The notes under the pieces were generated by a model, which had not been told where the DNA came from, searched no databases, and was given only the letters and a program-made list of their open reading frames with translations. A stretch of 64,000 bases of DNA from Myxococcota bacterium. Its GTDB lineage: Bacteria > Myxococcota_A > Polyangia > Polyangiales > Houyiibacteriaceae. Position 1 is the first letter of the stretch, and the number at the start of each line of letters is the position of its first letter. This document shows, in pieces, positions 14,483-23,019 of the stretch. Where the stretch lies: the NCBI GenBank assembly GCA_039028875.1, contig JBCCHE010000003.1, positions 128,130 through 192,129 of the forward strand, in the 5' to 3' direction. The position numbers and the translations under genes are program-made.

Positions 14483-16813
14483 ATGATGATGGAACGCTTC
14501 GTCCTATGGCATAGGGTCCTTCCCCCCGCATTCGAGGAGGAAGAGCCGACGGCAGCCGCCGGGCAGTGGGCGCGGTACGTGACCCACGAGATGCAGGGGG
14601 CCGGAGGCGAGGTGATCTCCTCGTTGGCAGGCACGGTCGTCTCGAGCTTCGCACTTCACGAGCTCCGGGCCGCCATCAACCTGGCGCTCCGGCTTCTCGC
14701 CGAGGCCGAGGCGCAGCCCGTTCCGGCAGGGGGTCTCCCGATCGCGTTCGGCATTGCGACTGGCGAGGTCCAGCACGGCAAAGACGAAGCGGGGCGCACC
14801 ACCAACGCCGGTAGCGCGATCGATCGCGCACAGCTGCTCGCGAACCAGGCCCGCGCGGGCGAGGTGGTGCTCGACGTAGAATCCCGCGAAGCCGCGTCGA
14901 GGACCTACCTGTTTGGCCGGAGCGTCAGCACGACGTCTTTCTCCCTCCGGGGAGAAGCCATCGACCGGTCACGCCCCTTGGTCGAGGAGTGCCGGCAGGC
15001 CGTCGCGCGGCTCCATCCGGCCCCGGTCCCCGCAAGCGTGCGTCACGCGCTCGAGCCGCTCAAAAGTGCGGCGGCCGGCAGCACCACCTGCGCGTTTTAT
15101 CTCGACGGCCCCCTCGGCGTCGGAGCACGCGCCGGCCTCGATGCGCTTCGCGACGAACTCGATCCGAGCCTGTTCTTGGAGATCGGCGCCGTCCCCGGTG
15201 GACTCGAGCCCCTTGGCGGATTGCGGTTGGCCCTGCTCGCCGCCTGGCGGTCGCTCGAGCCGACGCGCCAGAGACTCAAGTCCGACGAACCCGGAGCCGC
15301 CGACGCGCTCAAAGCGATCGCCTGTGCCACGCCGCCAAGACGTCAGGCCGCCATCCACGCCCTGAAAGCGACCCTTCGGGCGGTGGCCAGCAACGGTAGG
15401 CTTCCGTGGATCTACATCGACCGAACCTCGGCTGTCGATCCGGCCACCCTGTCGGTGCTCGAGGCGACGCTCGAGGACGAGTCGGTCGCAGCGCTTCTTT
15501 GTGTGCGTACGATGGAGTCGAAGGTCCCCGCAGGCCTCAAGCGCGTACGCCCGGCGGTCGGCCTCGAGTTCTCGGCGCTGAACCCGAACGAAGCGCTCGT
15601 CGTCGCTTCGGCAATCCTGGGTCCGGACACCGACATCGAGATCGCCAAGCAGGTCGTGATCGCCGGCGGGACAACCCTTCTCGGACTCACAGAAGCGGCG
15701 CGCACGATGGTCGCGACCGGGGACATCGTCCATGATGGCCACGCGTTCACGTGGCGCGAAGACACCGCCGGTCAGCGCCAGTTTCTCGGACCGCGCGCGC
15801 TTCTCGAGGAGCGCTTTGGCACCTTGGACACGTCCTCGATGCGTTTCCTCGAGATCGCCTGCGCCGCCCTTCCCGCCTCTTCGGCGCAAGTGATCGACGC
15901 CGCGGTTGCGCTCGACGGGGTCCCACCCGGGACCCGCAAGCGCGCCCTCGGCGCACTCATCGCCGATGGCCTTCTCAGCGCCCAGGGGAAGCCCGAATCG
16001 GAACTCTTGCGACGCGCGGTCGTCCAGCGAATGCCACCAGCGCGGCGCACCGAGGTGTACCGCTTCGTGGCGCGCGCACTTCACGAATCGGAACCCTTGG
16101 TCGGGCCTTCGATGGCGGCAACGGTTGGAGCGTACTTGTGCGAAGGCGGCGACCTCGGCCGTGGCGCCTTTGCCATCCTGGACGCAGGGTCGCTCGCGGC
16201 CACCCAGGGGTACGCGTCCGCCGCGGTCCGGTTGGCGGCCGCCGCGGTCCAGTATCAACCGGACGAGGACACGCGTCTCGCCGCCACCGAGATCAGCCGA
16301 GCCGTCAGGCTGCCTTCAGGGCCGCCGCAGCGCGACGAGCATGAAGAGCGACACACGATTCCCGTCGAGGAACATGAGCTCGAGAGTCCCGCCGTAGCCG
16401 TGATTCAGGCGCTTCGAGACCAAGACCACGACGCATTCGACACGTTGATCGACGCCGCGATCGCCGCCGGTGCCGAACTCGTGGGAACGCATTGCCTCCA
16501 GGTGATCTCCTACGTGACGAGGCAGGACCTGCCGGCTGCACGACACGCGCTCGAATTGGCGAAGAAGAGCCCGAACCAGACGCCGGCCGCGGGCATACGG
16601 ATCGGCATCGCGTCCGCGTGCGTGCAGCTCGCCCGAGGTCACGCGCGTCAAGCAATGCTGGATGCCCTCGGCGCCCTCGCCACCGCGCGCGAGCGCGAAG
16701 ACGGGCTCGGCGAAGCCGCCGCACTCAAGATGATCTCCGCAAGCTGCCTCGCGGCGGGCCTCGAAAACGACGCGGTCCGAATCGCGCACGTCGCCGAAGC
16801 GGTGGCGAGTTAA
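14483..16813 (+). CDS. Large regulatory-type protein: degenerate class III cyclase-like domain, degenerate AAA_16 (STAND-like) module and helical repeats
   Basis: I prefer ATG at 14483 (MMMERF); the track start is TTG at 14447. The N-terminus follows the cyclase-homology layout (AGTVVSSF, AFGIATGEV, GSAIDRAQLLANQARAGEVVL) without the metal-binding Asp residues. The P-loop position reads GPLGVGARAG (no Lys). The Walker B-like region is PWIYIDRTSAVDPATLSVL. The C-terminal half is Ala/Leu-rich and helical. Confidence 0.6.
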   Translation: MMMERFVLWHRVLPPAFEEEEPTAAAGQWARYVTHEMQGAGGEVISSLAGTVVSSFALHELRAAINLALRLLAEAEAQPVPAGGLPIAFGIATGEVQHGKDEAGRTTNAGSAIDRAQLLANQARAGEVVLDVESREAASRTYLFGRSVSTTSFSLRGEAIDRSRPLVEECRQAVARLHPAPVPASVRHALEPLKSAAAGSTTCAFYLDGPLGVGARAGLDALRDELDPSLFLEIGAVPGGLEPLGGLRLALLAAWRSLEPTRQRLKSDEPGAADALKAIACATPPRRQAAIHALKATLRAVASNGRLPWIYIDRTSAVDPATLSVLEATLEDESVAALLCVRTMESKVPAGLKRVRPAVGLEFSALNPNEALVVASAILGPDTDIEIAKQVVIAGGTTLLGLTEAARTMVATGDIVHDGHAFTWREDTAGQRQFLGPRALLEERFGTLDTSSMRFLEIACAALPASSAQVIDAAVALDGVPPGTRKRALGALIADGLLSAQGKPESELLRRAVVQRMPPARRTEVYRFVARALHESEPLVGPSMAATVGAYLCEGGDLGRGAFAILDAGSLAATQGYASAAVRLAAAAVQYQPDEDTRLAATEISRAVRLPSGPPQRDEHEERHTIPVEEHELESPAVAVIQALRDQDHDAFDTLIDAAIAAGAELVGTHCLQVISYVTRQDLPAARHALELAKKSPNQTPAAGIRIGIASACVQLARGHARQAMLDALGALATAREREDGLGEAAALKMISASCLAAGLENDAVRIAHVAEAVAS

Positions 16814-16829
16814 GTCCCCTGGTGCACAC

Positions 16830-17705
16830 CTACGAAGGGCTGGGCTCAGCCCGGACCCGACGGCTCGGGTACGAACCCAGCACGGTCAGAAACGTCGTCA
16901 CTTGTTGGAGTTCCTCGAGAGCGGACTGGGTCGCGGAGGCGTCAATGTTCCCTTCGAAGTCGACGTAGAAAACATATTCGAATGGCGTATCGGGCTTGGG
17001 GCGCGATTCGATCTTCGTGAGGTTCAGGCCCCGCTCGGCGAAGATCGCGATGCAGCGGGCCAACGCCCCCTGCTCATGGATGGTGGAAAACACGAGGGAC
17101 GTTTTGCACGCAACGTCGGGGGCATGGTGAGCGGGTTCGGTCGCCACAATCACCATTCGCGTGAAGTTCTCGGGATGGTCGGCGATGCCGCGACGAAGGA
17201 TCGGCAATCCGTGGAGGGCCGCCGCTTGCTCGCTTGCGATCGCCGCTTGTGTTGGATCGCCCTCGATCTTGACCTTTTCTACGGCCATCGCGGTATCAAC
17301 GAAGGCTTCGACGTGGCAGTCGTTCAAAGACTCGAGGAATGCGCCGCATTGGGCGAGCGCGACTGGATGCGAGTACACGCGACGGATGTGTTCGAGAGGC
17401 ACCTCGGCCGCGCCGATCAGGCAGTGGGCCACCGGCTGGTACTCCTCACCAACCAGCGACAACCCCTTCTCGGCGAGAAGGTCGTAGCTCTCGTTGATCG
17501 ACCCCGCGATCGAGTTCTCAATAGGGAGCACCGCATAGTGGATCTCCAAGCGTTCGAGCGCCTCGAGCATCTCGCGAAAACTGTGAAAGCCCCGGCATTC
17601 GACCTGGGGAACCGCGTCCGCGAAATGGCGCGTCGCCGCGAGTTGGCTGTAGGCCCCTTCGCTTCCTTGGTAACCAACGACCCAAGTTCGCTTCGCGTCC
17701 GACAC
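16830..17705 (-). CDS. pheA: Prephenate dehydratase (PDT + ACT domains)
   Basis: VVGYQGSEGAYSQLA, IENSIAGSINESYDLL, and an ACT domain with TSLVFS...GALARCIAIFAERGLNLTKIESRP...FEYVFYVDFEG. The start is set at GTG 17705, downstream of the yajQ stop. The longer track ORF overlaps yajQ with low-complexity sequence. Confidence 0.85.
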   Translation of the reverse strand: MSDAKRTWVVGYQGSEGAYSQLAATRHFADAVPQVECRGFHSFREMLEALERLEIHYAVLPIENSIAGSINESYDLLAEKGLSLVGEEYQPVAHCLIGAAEVPLEHIRRVYSHPVALAQCGAFLESLNDCHVEAFVDTAMAVEKVKIEGDPTQAAIASEQAAALHGLPILRRGIADHPENFTRMVIVATEPAHHAPDVACKTSLVFSTIHEQGALARCIAIFAERGLNLTKIESRPKPDTPFEYVFYVDFEGNIDASATQSALEELQQVTTFLTVLGSYPSRRVRAEPSPS

Positions 17706-17716
17706 GGTGTCAGGCC

Positions 17717-18202
17717 TCAATCCCGGAAGTTCGTGAACTGCAAGGGTAGATCGAAGTCTTTTTCCTTGAGCATCGCCATTGTGTCTTGCAAGTCGTCGCG
17801 CTTTTTTCCTGATACCCGGACCGTGTCGCCTTGGATCGAAGCCTGCACCTTGATCTTGCTGTCCTTGATGGCTTTCACGATCTCTTTGGCCTTCTCCTTG
17901 GACACGCCTTCCTTGAGCTTGACGAGCTGCCGCCACATGGAGCCACCCGCTTGCTGCGGGGGCTGCGGGTCGAGCGACTTGAGAGACACCTTGCGTCGAA
18001 CCATCTTGCTCTCGAGCACGTCCCGCGCCGCGTCGATGCGGCCCTCACTGTTCGAGCGCAGCACGATGCCCTCTTCCGTCTGCTCGATCGTGCTCTCGGT
18101 GCCTTTGAAGTCGTAACGCTGCGCGATCTCCTTGCTCGCCTGATTGCGGGCGTTGTCGACTTCGTGCTGATCGACTTTGGATACGACATCAAACGACGGC
18201 AT
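17717..18202 (-). CDS. yajQ: YajQ-family (UPF0234) nucleotide/cyclic-di-GMP-binding protein
   Basis: 161 aa. MPSFDVVSKVDQHEVDNARNQASKEIAQRYDFKG is the conserved YajQ N-terminus, and the C-terminus LPLQFTNFRD is typical. Confidence 0.9.
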   Translation of the reverse strand: MPSFDVVSKVDQHEVDNARNQASKEIAQRYDFKGTESTIEQTEEGIVLRSNSEGRIDAARDVLESKMVRRKVSLKSLDPQPPQQAGGSMWRQLVKLKEGVSKEKAKEIVKAIKDSKIKVQASIQGDTVRVSGKKRDDLQDTMAMLKEKDFDLPLQFTNFRD

Positions 18203-18229
18203 TTCGGCTCCTCTCGGGTGCGAACCCTA

Positions 18230-19735
18230 TCACACCGAAGGCTTGCGGCGACCCGGCTTTCGGTCGTCGGACCCTTGATCGCTGCTCACCAACGGCGAGA
18301 AGAAGTTGTCCTTCTTGGTGTACTCGTCGACGCGAAACGCGAACTTGTAGCTCGGCGCCGATCGCATGTTGCAGTCGGTCCGTTCGCAGAACCGGCACGT
18401 GGTACCGACAGGAACGGCCATCTTCTTGGGATCGGCGAATGGGAGCTCGTCCGCGTAGGCGAAGAACTTTGCGTTGTCGGCGTGCGTCCCCAAACCGATG
18501 CTGTAGGTCGTACCTTTGACCAACGACCCCTTCTCCGGCTCGGTCACGACCTTGGCGAAGCAGAAATAGGTCGAACCATCGGGAAAGGTCGAGTACTGCT
18601 TGGTGATGACGTTGGGGGTCAGGAACGCGAGGTGGACGCCCATCTTCGGACAAGAGCCGTCTTCGTGCGCGAAGCGGATCCCGTCGCCGGAGTAGCGCTT
18701 CGAGATGTTACCGGCCACGTCGACCCGAAGGAAGTGCATCGGCACACCGCGCCTTCGCGGATCCGAGAGGTTGCACATCCGGTGGGCGACCGTCTCATAC
18801 GACGACTCGAAGAGCTGCGCGAGTAACTCCACGTCGTAGCGGGTCCTGGTGACCTCGCGATAGAATTCTGGGTACGGCAGAAGGAGCGCCCCCGCAAAGT
18901 AGTTCGCCAGGTGGATCTTGATCAGCCGCCGCGTCTCGGCATGCTGACCCGTGTACCCCTCGAGAATCGGCTTGTGGAGATGCTCCTGGTCGAACAGTCC
19001 AAGGGCTATCGTGTGCGCGAGCTGAAACTTCAGACGCTGCTCGAAAAGGCCTGCCGATACCGTCAGCACGCGTTCCTCGGCGTTCCATCGGCGGATCACG
19101 GACGTATCGGCAGGCTCCGTCGAACGATGCACGCGAACGCCGAGTTGGTCGCGGAGGCCTCGTTCGAGGTCCTGGCTCAGCACGCGCTGTTCGAACGCAG
19201 ACTCGCGCCGGAACTGTTGGGCGCGGGTCTCGAGCGACTCGAACCAGTTGTCGTGTTGCTCCAGAAAGTCGGTGACCTCGTCGTAGGGGCTGTAGTCGAA
19301 GCGGACGTCGCCTTCGCCGGATTGCTTCTCGAGCTGGGCCATGCTCGTCATCACGTGGTCGAGCTGACTCCGGGTGTTTTTGTAGAGGTTGAAGAGGGCC
19401 GTGATCGTCGCGACCATCCTCGGTTCGGCGCTGATGCTCGCGAGGTCCTCCTCGTTGAGATTGAGCGAACGAAGAAGGGGCTCGTCGAGCAGTCGGGCGA
19501 GACCGTCGTCCACGTGCCGCTCGCCGAGACTGGCCATGAACTCTTCGACCGGCACCCCATAGAGCTCGAGCGCGCGAAACATCAAGGGCAGCTGAACGAC
19601 CCGCTTTCCCTTTTCGATCAGACTCAGGTACGCGGGCGAGATTTTGAGTCGGCGCGCGACCTCTCCCTGTTGGAGGCCTCGTCGCAGCCGGAGTTCGCGC
19701 AATCGCTGGCCCATTGCCGCGTTGGTTTCGGCCAT
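18230..19735 (-). CDS. XRE-HTH / ImmA-like / DUF2083 regulator (PrpR-RamB-ScfR type, short-chain acyl-CoA responsive)
   Basis: N-terminal HTH is GQRLRELRLRRGLQQGEVARRLKISPAYLSLIEKGKR. There is a central COG2856-like region. The C-terminal cysteine set (GSCPK..., YFCFAKV, TCRFCERTDC) fits the Fe-S/CoA-binding DUF2083 family. It is divergent from an acyl-CoA mutase operon. Confidence 0.75.
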   Translation of the reverse strand: MAETNAAMGQRLRELRLRRGLQQGEVARRLKISPAYLSLIEKGKRVVQLPLMFRALELYGVPVEEFMASLGERHVDDGLARLLDEPLLRSLNLNEEDLASISAEPRMVATITALFNLYKNTRSQLDHVMTSMAQLEKQSGEGDVRFDYSPYDEVTDFLEQHDNWFESLETRAQQFRRESAFEQRVLSQDLERGLRDQLGVRVHRSTEPADTSVIRRWNAEERVLTVSAGLFEQRLKFQLAHTIALGLFDQEHLHKPILEGYTGQHAETRRLIKIHLANYFAGALLLPYPEFYREVTRTRYDVELLAQLFESSYETVAHRMCNLSDPRRRGVPMHFLRVDVAGNISKRYSGDGIRFAHEDGSCPKMGVHLAFLTPNVITKQYSTFPDGSTYFCFAKVVTEPEKGSLVKGTTYSIGLGTHADNAKFFAYADELPFADPKKMAVPVGTTCRFCERTDCNMRSAPSYKFAFRVDEYTKKDNFFSPLVSSDQGSDDRKPGRRKPSV

Positions 19736-19927
19736 CGAGCGGATTTACCGCGAATTTACAACTCCGGCTAGCCGGCCGGGAACCCACAAAAACGCAGGCC
19801 GTGAGGCGCTTGACCGACGTGGGGCGTGTGGTACTCGAAACTGACGCAAGGCCTGGCCGTGTGAAGCTGTAAAGGCACCGCAACGGCCACAAGGGCCTGA
19901 GACCGCAAGCAACCCAAAACGAGGTAG

Positions 19928-19948
19928 GATTTCGCTTCGCGCGAAATC
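19928..19948. promoter_or_regulatory. Inverted repeat GATTTCGC-N5-GCGAAATC immediately upstream of the mutase RBS/start (candidate operator or 5'-UTR hairpin)
   Basis: Read directly. 19928-19935 is GATTTCGC, the spacer is TTCGC and 19941-19948 is GCGAAATC (perfect 8-bp arms). GAAAGG follows and the ATG is at 19969. Confidence 0.4.
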
Positions 19949-19968
19949 GCGAGTGAAAGGATCGGCGC

Positions 19969-21975
19969 ATGGCTCCGAGCGGCAAGCGTGAACGCGACAA
20001 ACCGTGGATTATGCGAACCTACGCGGGCCACAGCACCGCGAAGGCGTCGAACGAGCTCTACCGAACCAACCTCGCCAAGGGGCAGACCGGCCTGAGTGTC
20101 GCCTTCGACCTCCCGACGCAAACCGGATACGACTCTGACGACGCCCTCGCGCGCGGCGAAGTCGGCAAGGTCGGTGTTCCGATTTCCCACCTCGGTGACA
20201 TGCGGGCCCTTTTCGAAGGAATCCCCGTCGACCAAATGAATACGTCGATGACGATCAATGCCACCGCTGCGTGGCTCCTGTCGCTCTACGTGGCCACCGC
20301 CGAAGACCAAGGCGTCGATCCAAGCGTTCTTCGCGGGACGACCCAGAACGACATCATCAAAGAGTACCTGTCTCGGGGAACGCACATCTTTCCGCCTGCC
20401 GCGTCGATGCGCCTGATCACCGACTTGATCACCTACACGGTCGTCAACGTGCCCAAGTGGAACCCGATCAACATCTGCAGCTACCACCTCCAAGAAGCAG
20501 GGGCGACGCCAACGCAAGAACTCGCCTACGCGCTGGTCACGGCAATCGGGGTCCTCGACGCGGTAAAGGCCACAGGCCGCATACCCGAGAGCGAGTTCGG
20601 AAACGTGGTTGGGCGAATGAGCTTCTTCGTCAACGCAGGCATTCGGTTCGTCGAAGAGATGTGCAAACTCCGCGCGTTCGTCGAGTTGTGGGACCGCGTG
20701 ACCCAGGAGCGCTACGGCGTCACGAATCCGAAGCAGAGACGGTTTCGGTATGGCATTCAGGTGAACTCACTCGGACTCACCGAACAGCAACCCGAGAACA
20801 ACATCATTCGAATCGTTCTCGAAATGCTTGCGGTCACGCTGAGCAAGGACGCCCGGGCCCGCGCCGTACAGCTTCCCGCGTGGAACGAAGCCCTTGGCCT
20901 TCCTCGCCCGTGGGACCAGCAGTGGTCGCTCCGCGCCCAACAGATCCTCGCGTACGAGAGCGACCTCCTCGAGTATGCGGACCTCTTCAAAGGCAGTGAG
21001 GTCGTCGAGGCCGAGACCCAGCGGCTCGTCGAGTCGGCATGGACCGAGGTGCAGGAGGTCTTGAGCCGAGGGGGTGCCGTCGAGGCGGTCGAGAGCGGCT
21101 ACATCAAACAAAAGCTCGTCGAGTCCAACGCCGCGCGGCTCAGAGCGATCGAGAACGGCGAACAAATCGTCGTCGGCGTCAACAAGTACACGGAGGGCGC
21201 GCCCTCGCCTCTCACGGAGAACCTGGACGACGCGATCCTGACGGTGGACCCGAAAGTCGAGGAGCAGCAGATCGAAGCGCTCGAACAGTGGCGCGCGGCT
21301 CGCGATGAAGCCGCCGCAGACAAAGCCATCGCCGAACTTCAGCGGGTCGCGCGCTCCAACGAGAACCTCATGCCCGCGTCGATCGCCGCCGCCCATGCAG
21401 GAATCACGACCGGCGAATGGGCGCATACGCTTCGCGGGGTGTGGGGCGAGTACAGAGCCCCGACCGGTGTCGCCGGAGCGAGTGTGAAGACCTCAGGTTC
21501 CGGGCCTGCGGTCGAGGTCGTGGCCGAGCTTCGCAAGAGGCTTTCGGAGCTCGAAACCCGAATGGGGCGCCGGCCGAAGATCCTTGTCGGCAAACCAGGT
21601 CTCGACGGCCACTCGAACGGCGCCGAACAGATCGCAATCAAAGCGAGGGACGTTGGCTTCGACGTCGTCTACGAAGGGATTCGGGTGTCGCCCGAACAGA
21701 TCGTCGCCTCTGCGCTTGAAGAGGGGGTGCACCTGATCGGCCTCAGCATCCTGAGCGGCTCCCATCTCGCACTGGTTCCCGAGGTCGTCGACCGGCTCGC
21801 CCAGGGTGGACTCTCCGACGTCCCGGTGGTGGTTGGAGGAATCATCCCTGAAGCCGATGCGGAGCAACTTCGCTCGCAGGGTGTCACCGCAGTCTACACA
21901 CCCAAAGACTTCGAGCTCGACGCCATCATGCGCGACTTGATCGATCTGGTGGATCGGCAGCATGCCGCCGAGTGA
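19969..21975 (+). CDS. Coenzyme B12-dependent acyl-CoA mutase, fused catalytic + B12-binding domains (ethylmalonyl-CoA mutase Ecm/MeaA-like)
   Basis: 668 aa. WIMRTYAGHSTAKASNELYRTNLAKGQTGLSVAFDLPTQTGYDSD has TYAGHS rather than the RQYAGFS of methylmalonyl-CoA mutase, which matches my recollection of MeaA/Ecm. The C-terminal B12 domain has KILVGKPGLDGHSNGAEQIA (DxHxxG) and GGIIP. Confidence 0.8.
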   Translation: MAPSGKRERDKPWIMRTYAGHSTAKASNELYRTNLAKGQTGLSVAFDLPTQTGYDSDDALARGEVGKVGVPISHLGDMRALFEGIPVDQMNTSMTINATAAWLLSLYVATAEDQGVDPSVLRGTTQNDIIKEYLSRGTHIFPPAASMRLITDLITYTVVNVPKWNPINICSYHLQEAGATPTQELAYALVTAIGVLDAVKATGRIPESEFGNVVGRMSFFVNAGIRFVEEMCKLRAFVELWDRVTQERYGVTNPKQRRFRYGIQVNSLGLTEQQPENNIIRIVLEMLAVTLSKDARARAVQLPAWNEALGLPRPWDQQWSLRAQQILAYESDLLEYADLFKGSEVVEAETQRLVESAWTEVQEVLSRGGAVEAVESGYIKQKLVESNAARLRAIENGEQIVVGVNKYTEGAPSPLTENLDDAILTVDPKVEEQQIEALEQWRAARDEAAADKAIAELQRVARSNENLMPASIAAAHAGITTGEWAHTLRGVWGEYRAPTGVAGASVKTSGSGPAVEVVAELRKRLSELETRMGRRPKILVGKPGLDGHSNGAEQIAIKARDVGFDVVYEGIRVSPEQIVASALEEGVHLIGLSILSGSHLALVPEVVDRLAQGGLSDVPVVVGGIIPEADAEQLRSQGVTAVYTPKDFELDAIMRDLIDLVDRQHAAE

Positions 21976-22981
21976 TTCCGGACACGAGGCCAACCGCGTC
22001 ATGAACGCCGACAAGACCGCCATTTCGCGGGCCCTCAACCTCGTCGAGGACCGCCGCTCCGAGTCCCAAGGTCGGGTCGCCGCGTTGCTGGCGTCGCTCG
22101 AGGATGCGCCGAAAGCGACCCGTGGACATCGCGTTGGGCTCACAGGCCCTCCGGGTGTGGGTAAGAGCACACTCACATCAACCCTCGCCCGCGCGATGCG
22201 GAGCCGTGGAACGACCGTAGGGGTCGTCGCGGTCGACCCTTCGAGTGTACAGTCCGGTGGCTCGCTCCTCGGTGACCGAGCGCGCATGAGCTTCGACCCC
22301 TCGGACGAAGGTCTGTTCGTGCGGTCTTTGGCAACCGCCGGAGAGGTCGGCGGGCTCGCGTATGCGGCCAACTCCGCAGTCCGGGTCCTGGCGTCTGCGT
22401 ACGACACCGTCGTCGTCGAGACGACGGGAGTCGGGCAGTCGGAGATCGACGTGGTGCACGTGGCCGACACGGTTGTCCTGGTCATCCAGCCCGGCAGTGG
22501 CGACGTGCTTCAGTTTTTGAAAGCGGGGATCATGGAGATCCCAGACATCTTGGTGGTCAACAAGGCTGACCAGGACGCACTCGCACGCCGCGCAGTCGCC
22601 GACCTTCAGGGCGCCCTCCGGACCGCGCAAACCGCGGGCGCGGGGCAGCGCGAAGATGGCGATTGGGAGACCCCGATCGTCGCCACGAGTGCCACCCAGG
22701 GAACGGGTATCGACGCACTGATCGACGCGCTCGAGCGCCACCGCGAGCATCTTGCGCCCACCCTTCAAGTGCGGAGGCGTACGGGCGAAGTCCGGTGGGC
22801 CATCGATCTTTTCACACGAAAACATGGCGACCACGGAGTCGCGACCCTAGACGGTCTGGGGGAACTACGAGATCGCGCCGCCCGAGAACTCGACCGAGGC
22901 CAAAACCCACTGAGCCTGTGCGAACATCTAAGCGAAGAGTATGTGGCAAGGCTCTGCCAGAACTCACAAGACAAAACATAA
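21962..22981 (+). CDS. meaB: Mutase-associated G-protein chaperone MeaB/ArgK
   Basis: Walker A GLTGPPGVGKSTL, ETTGVGQSE and the NKAD guanine-specificity motif. It overlaps the mutase stop by 14 nt (alternative ATG at 22001). Confidence 0.9.
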   Translation: MPPSDSGHEANRVMNADKTAISRALNLVEDRRSESQGRVAALLASLEDAPKATRGHRVGLTGPPGVGKSTLTSTLARAMRSRGTTVGVVAVDPSSVQSGGSLLGDRARMSFDPSDEGLFVRSLATAGEVGGLAYAANSAVRVLASAYDTVVVETTGVGQSEIDVVHVADTVVLVIQPGSGDVLQFLKAGIMEIPDILVVNKADQDALARRAVADLQGALRTAQTAGAGQREDGDWETPIVATSATQGTGIDALIDALERHREHLAPTLQVRRRTGEVRWAIDLFTRKHGDHGVATLDGLGELRDRAARELDRGQNPLSLCEHLSEEYVARLCQNSQDKT

Positions 22982-23019
22982 CGAAACCCGAGCCGTCATT
23001 GGAACGGCTAGGAGACCCC

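Noticed and set aside
17706-17936. N-terminal extension of the pheA ORF (possible chorismate mutase domain)
   Set aside because: The extension overlaps the yajQ coding region, is low-complexity (QGEGQRDRESHQGQQDQG) and shows no chorismate mutase motif. The start was moved to GTG 17705.
19776-19927. Possible cobalamin riboswitch in the 5' region of the B12-dependent mutase operon
   Set aside because: I could not find the conserved B12-box or the GGGAA/GGTG core elements by eye. A covariance-model scan (Rfam RF00174) would be decisive but cannot be run here.
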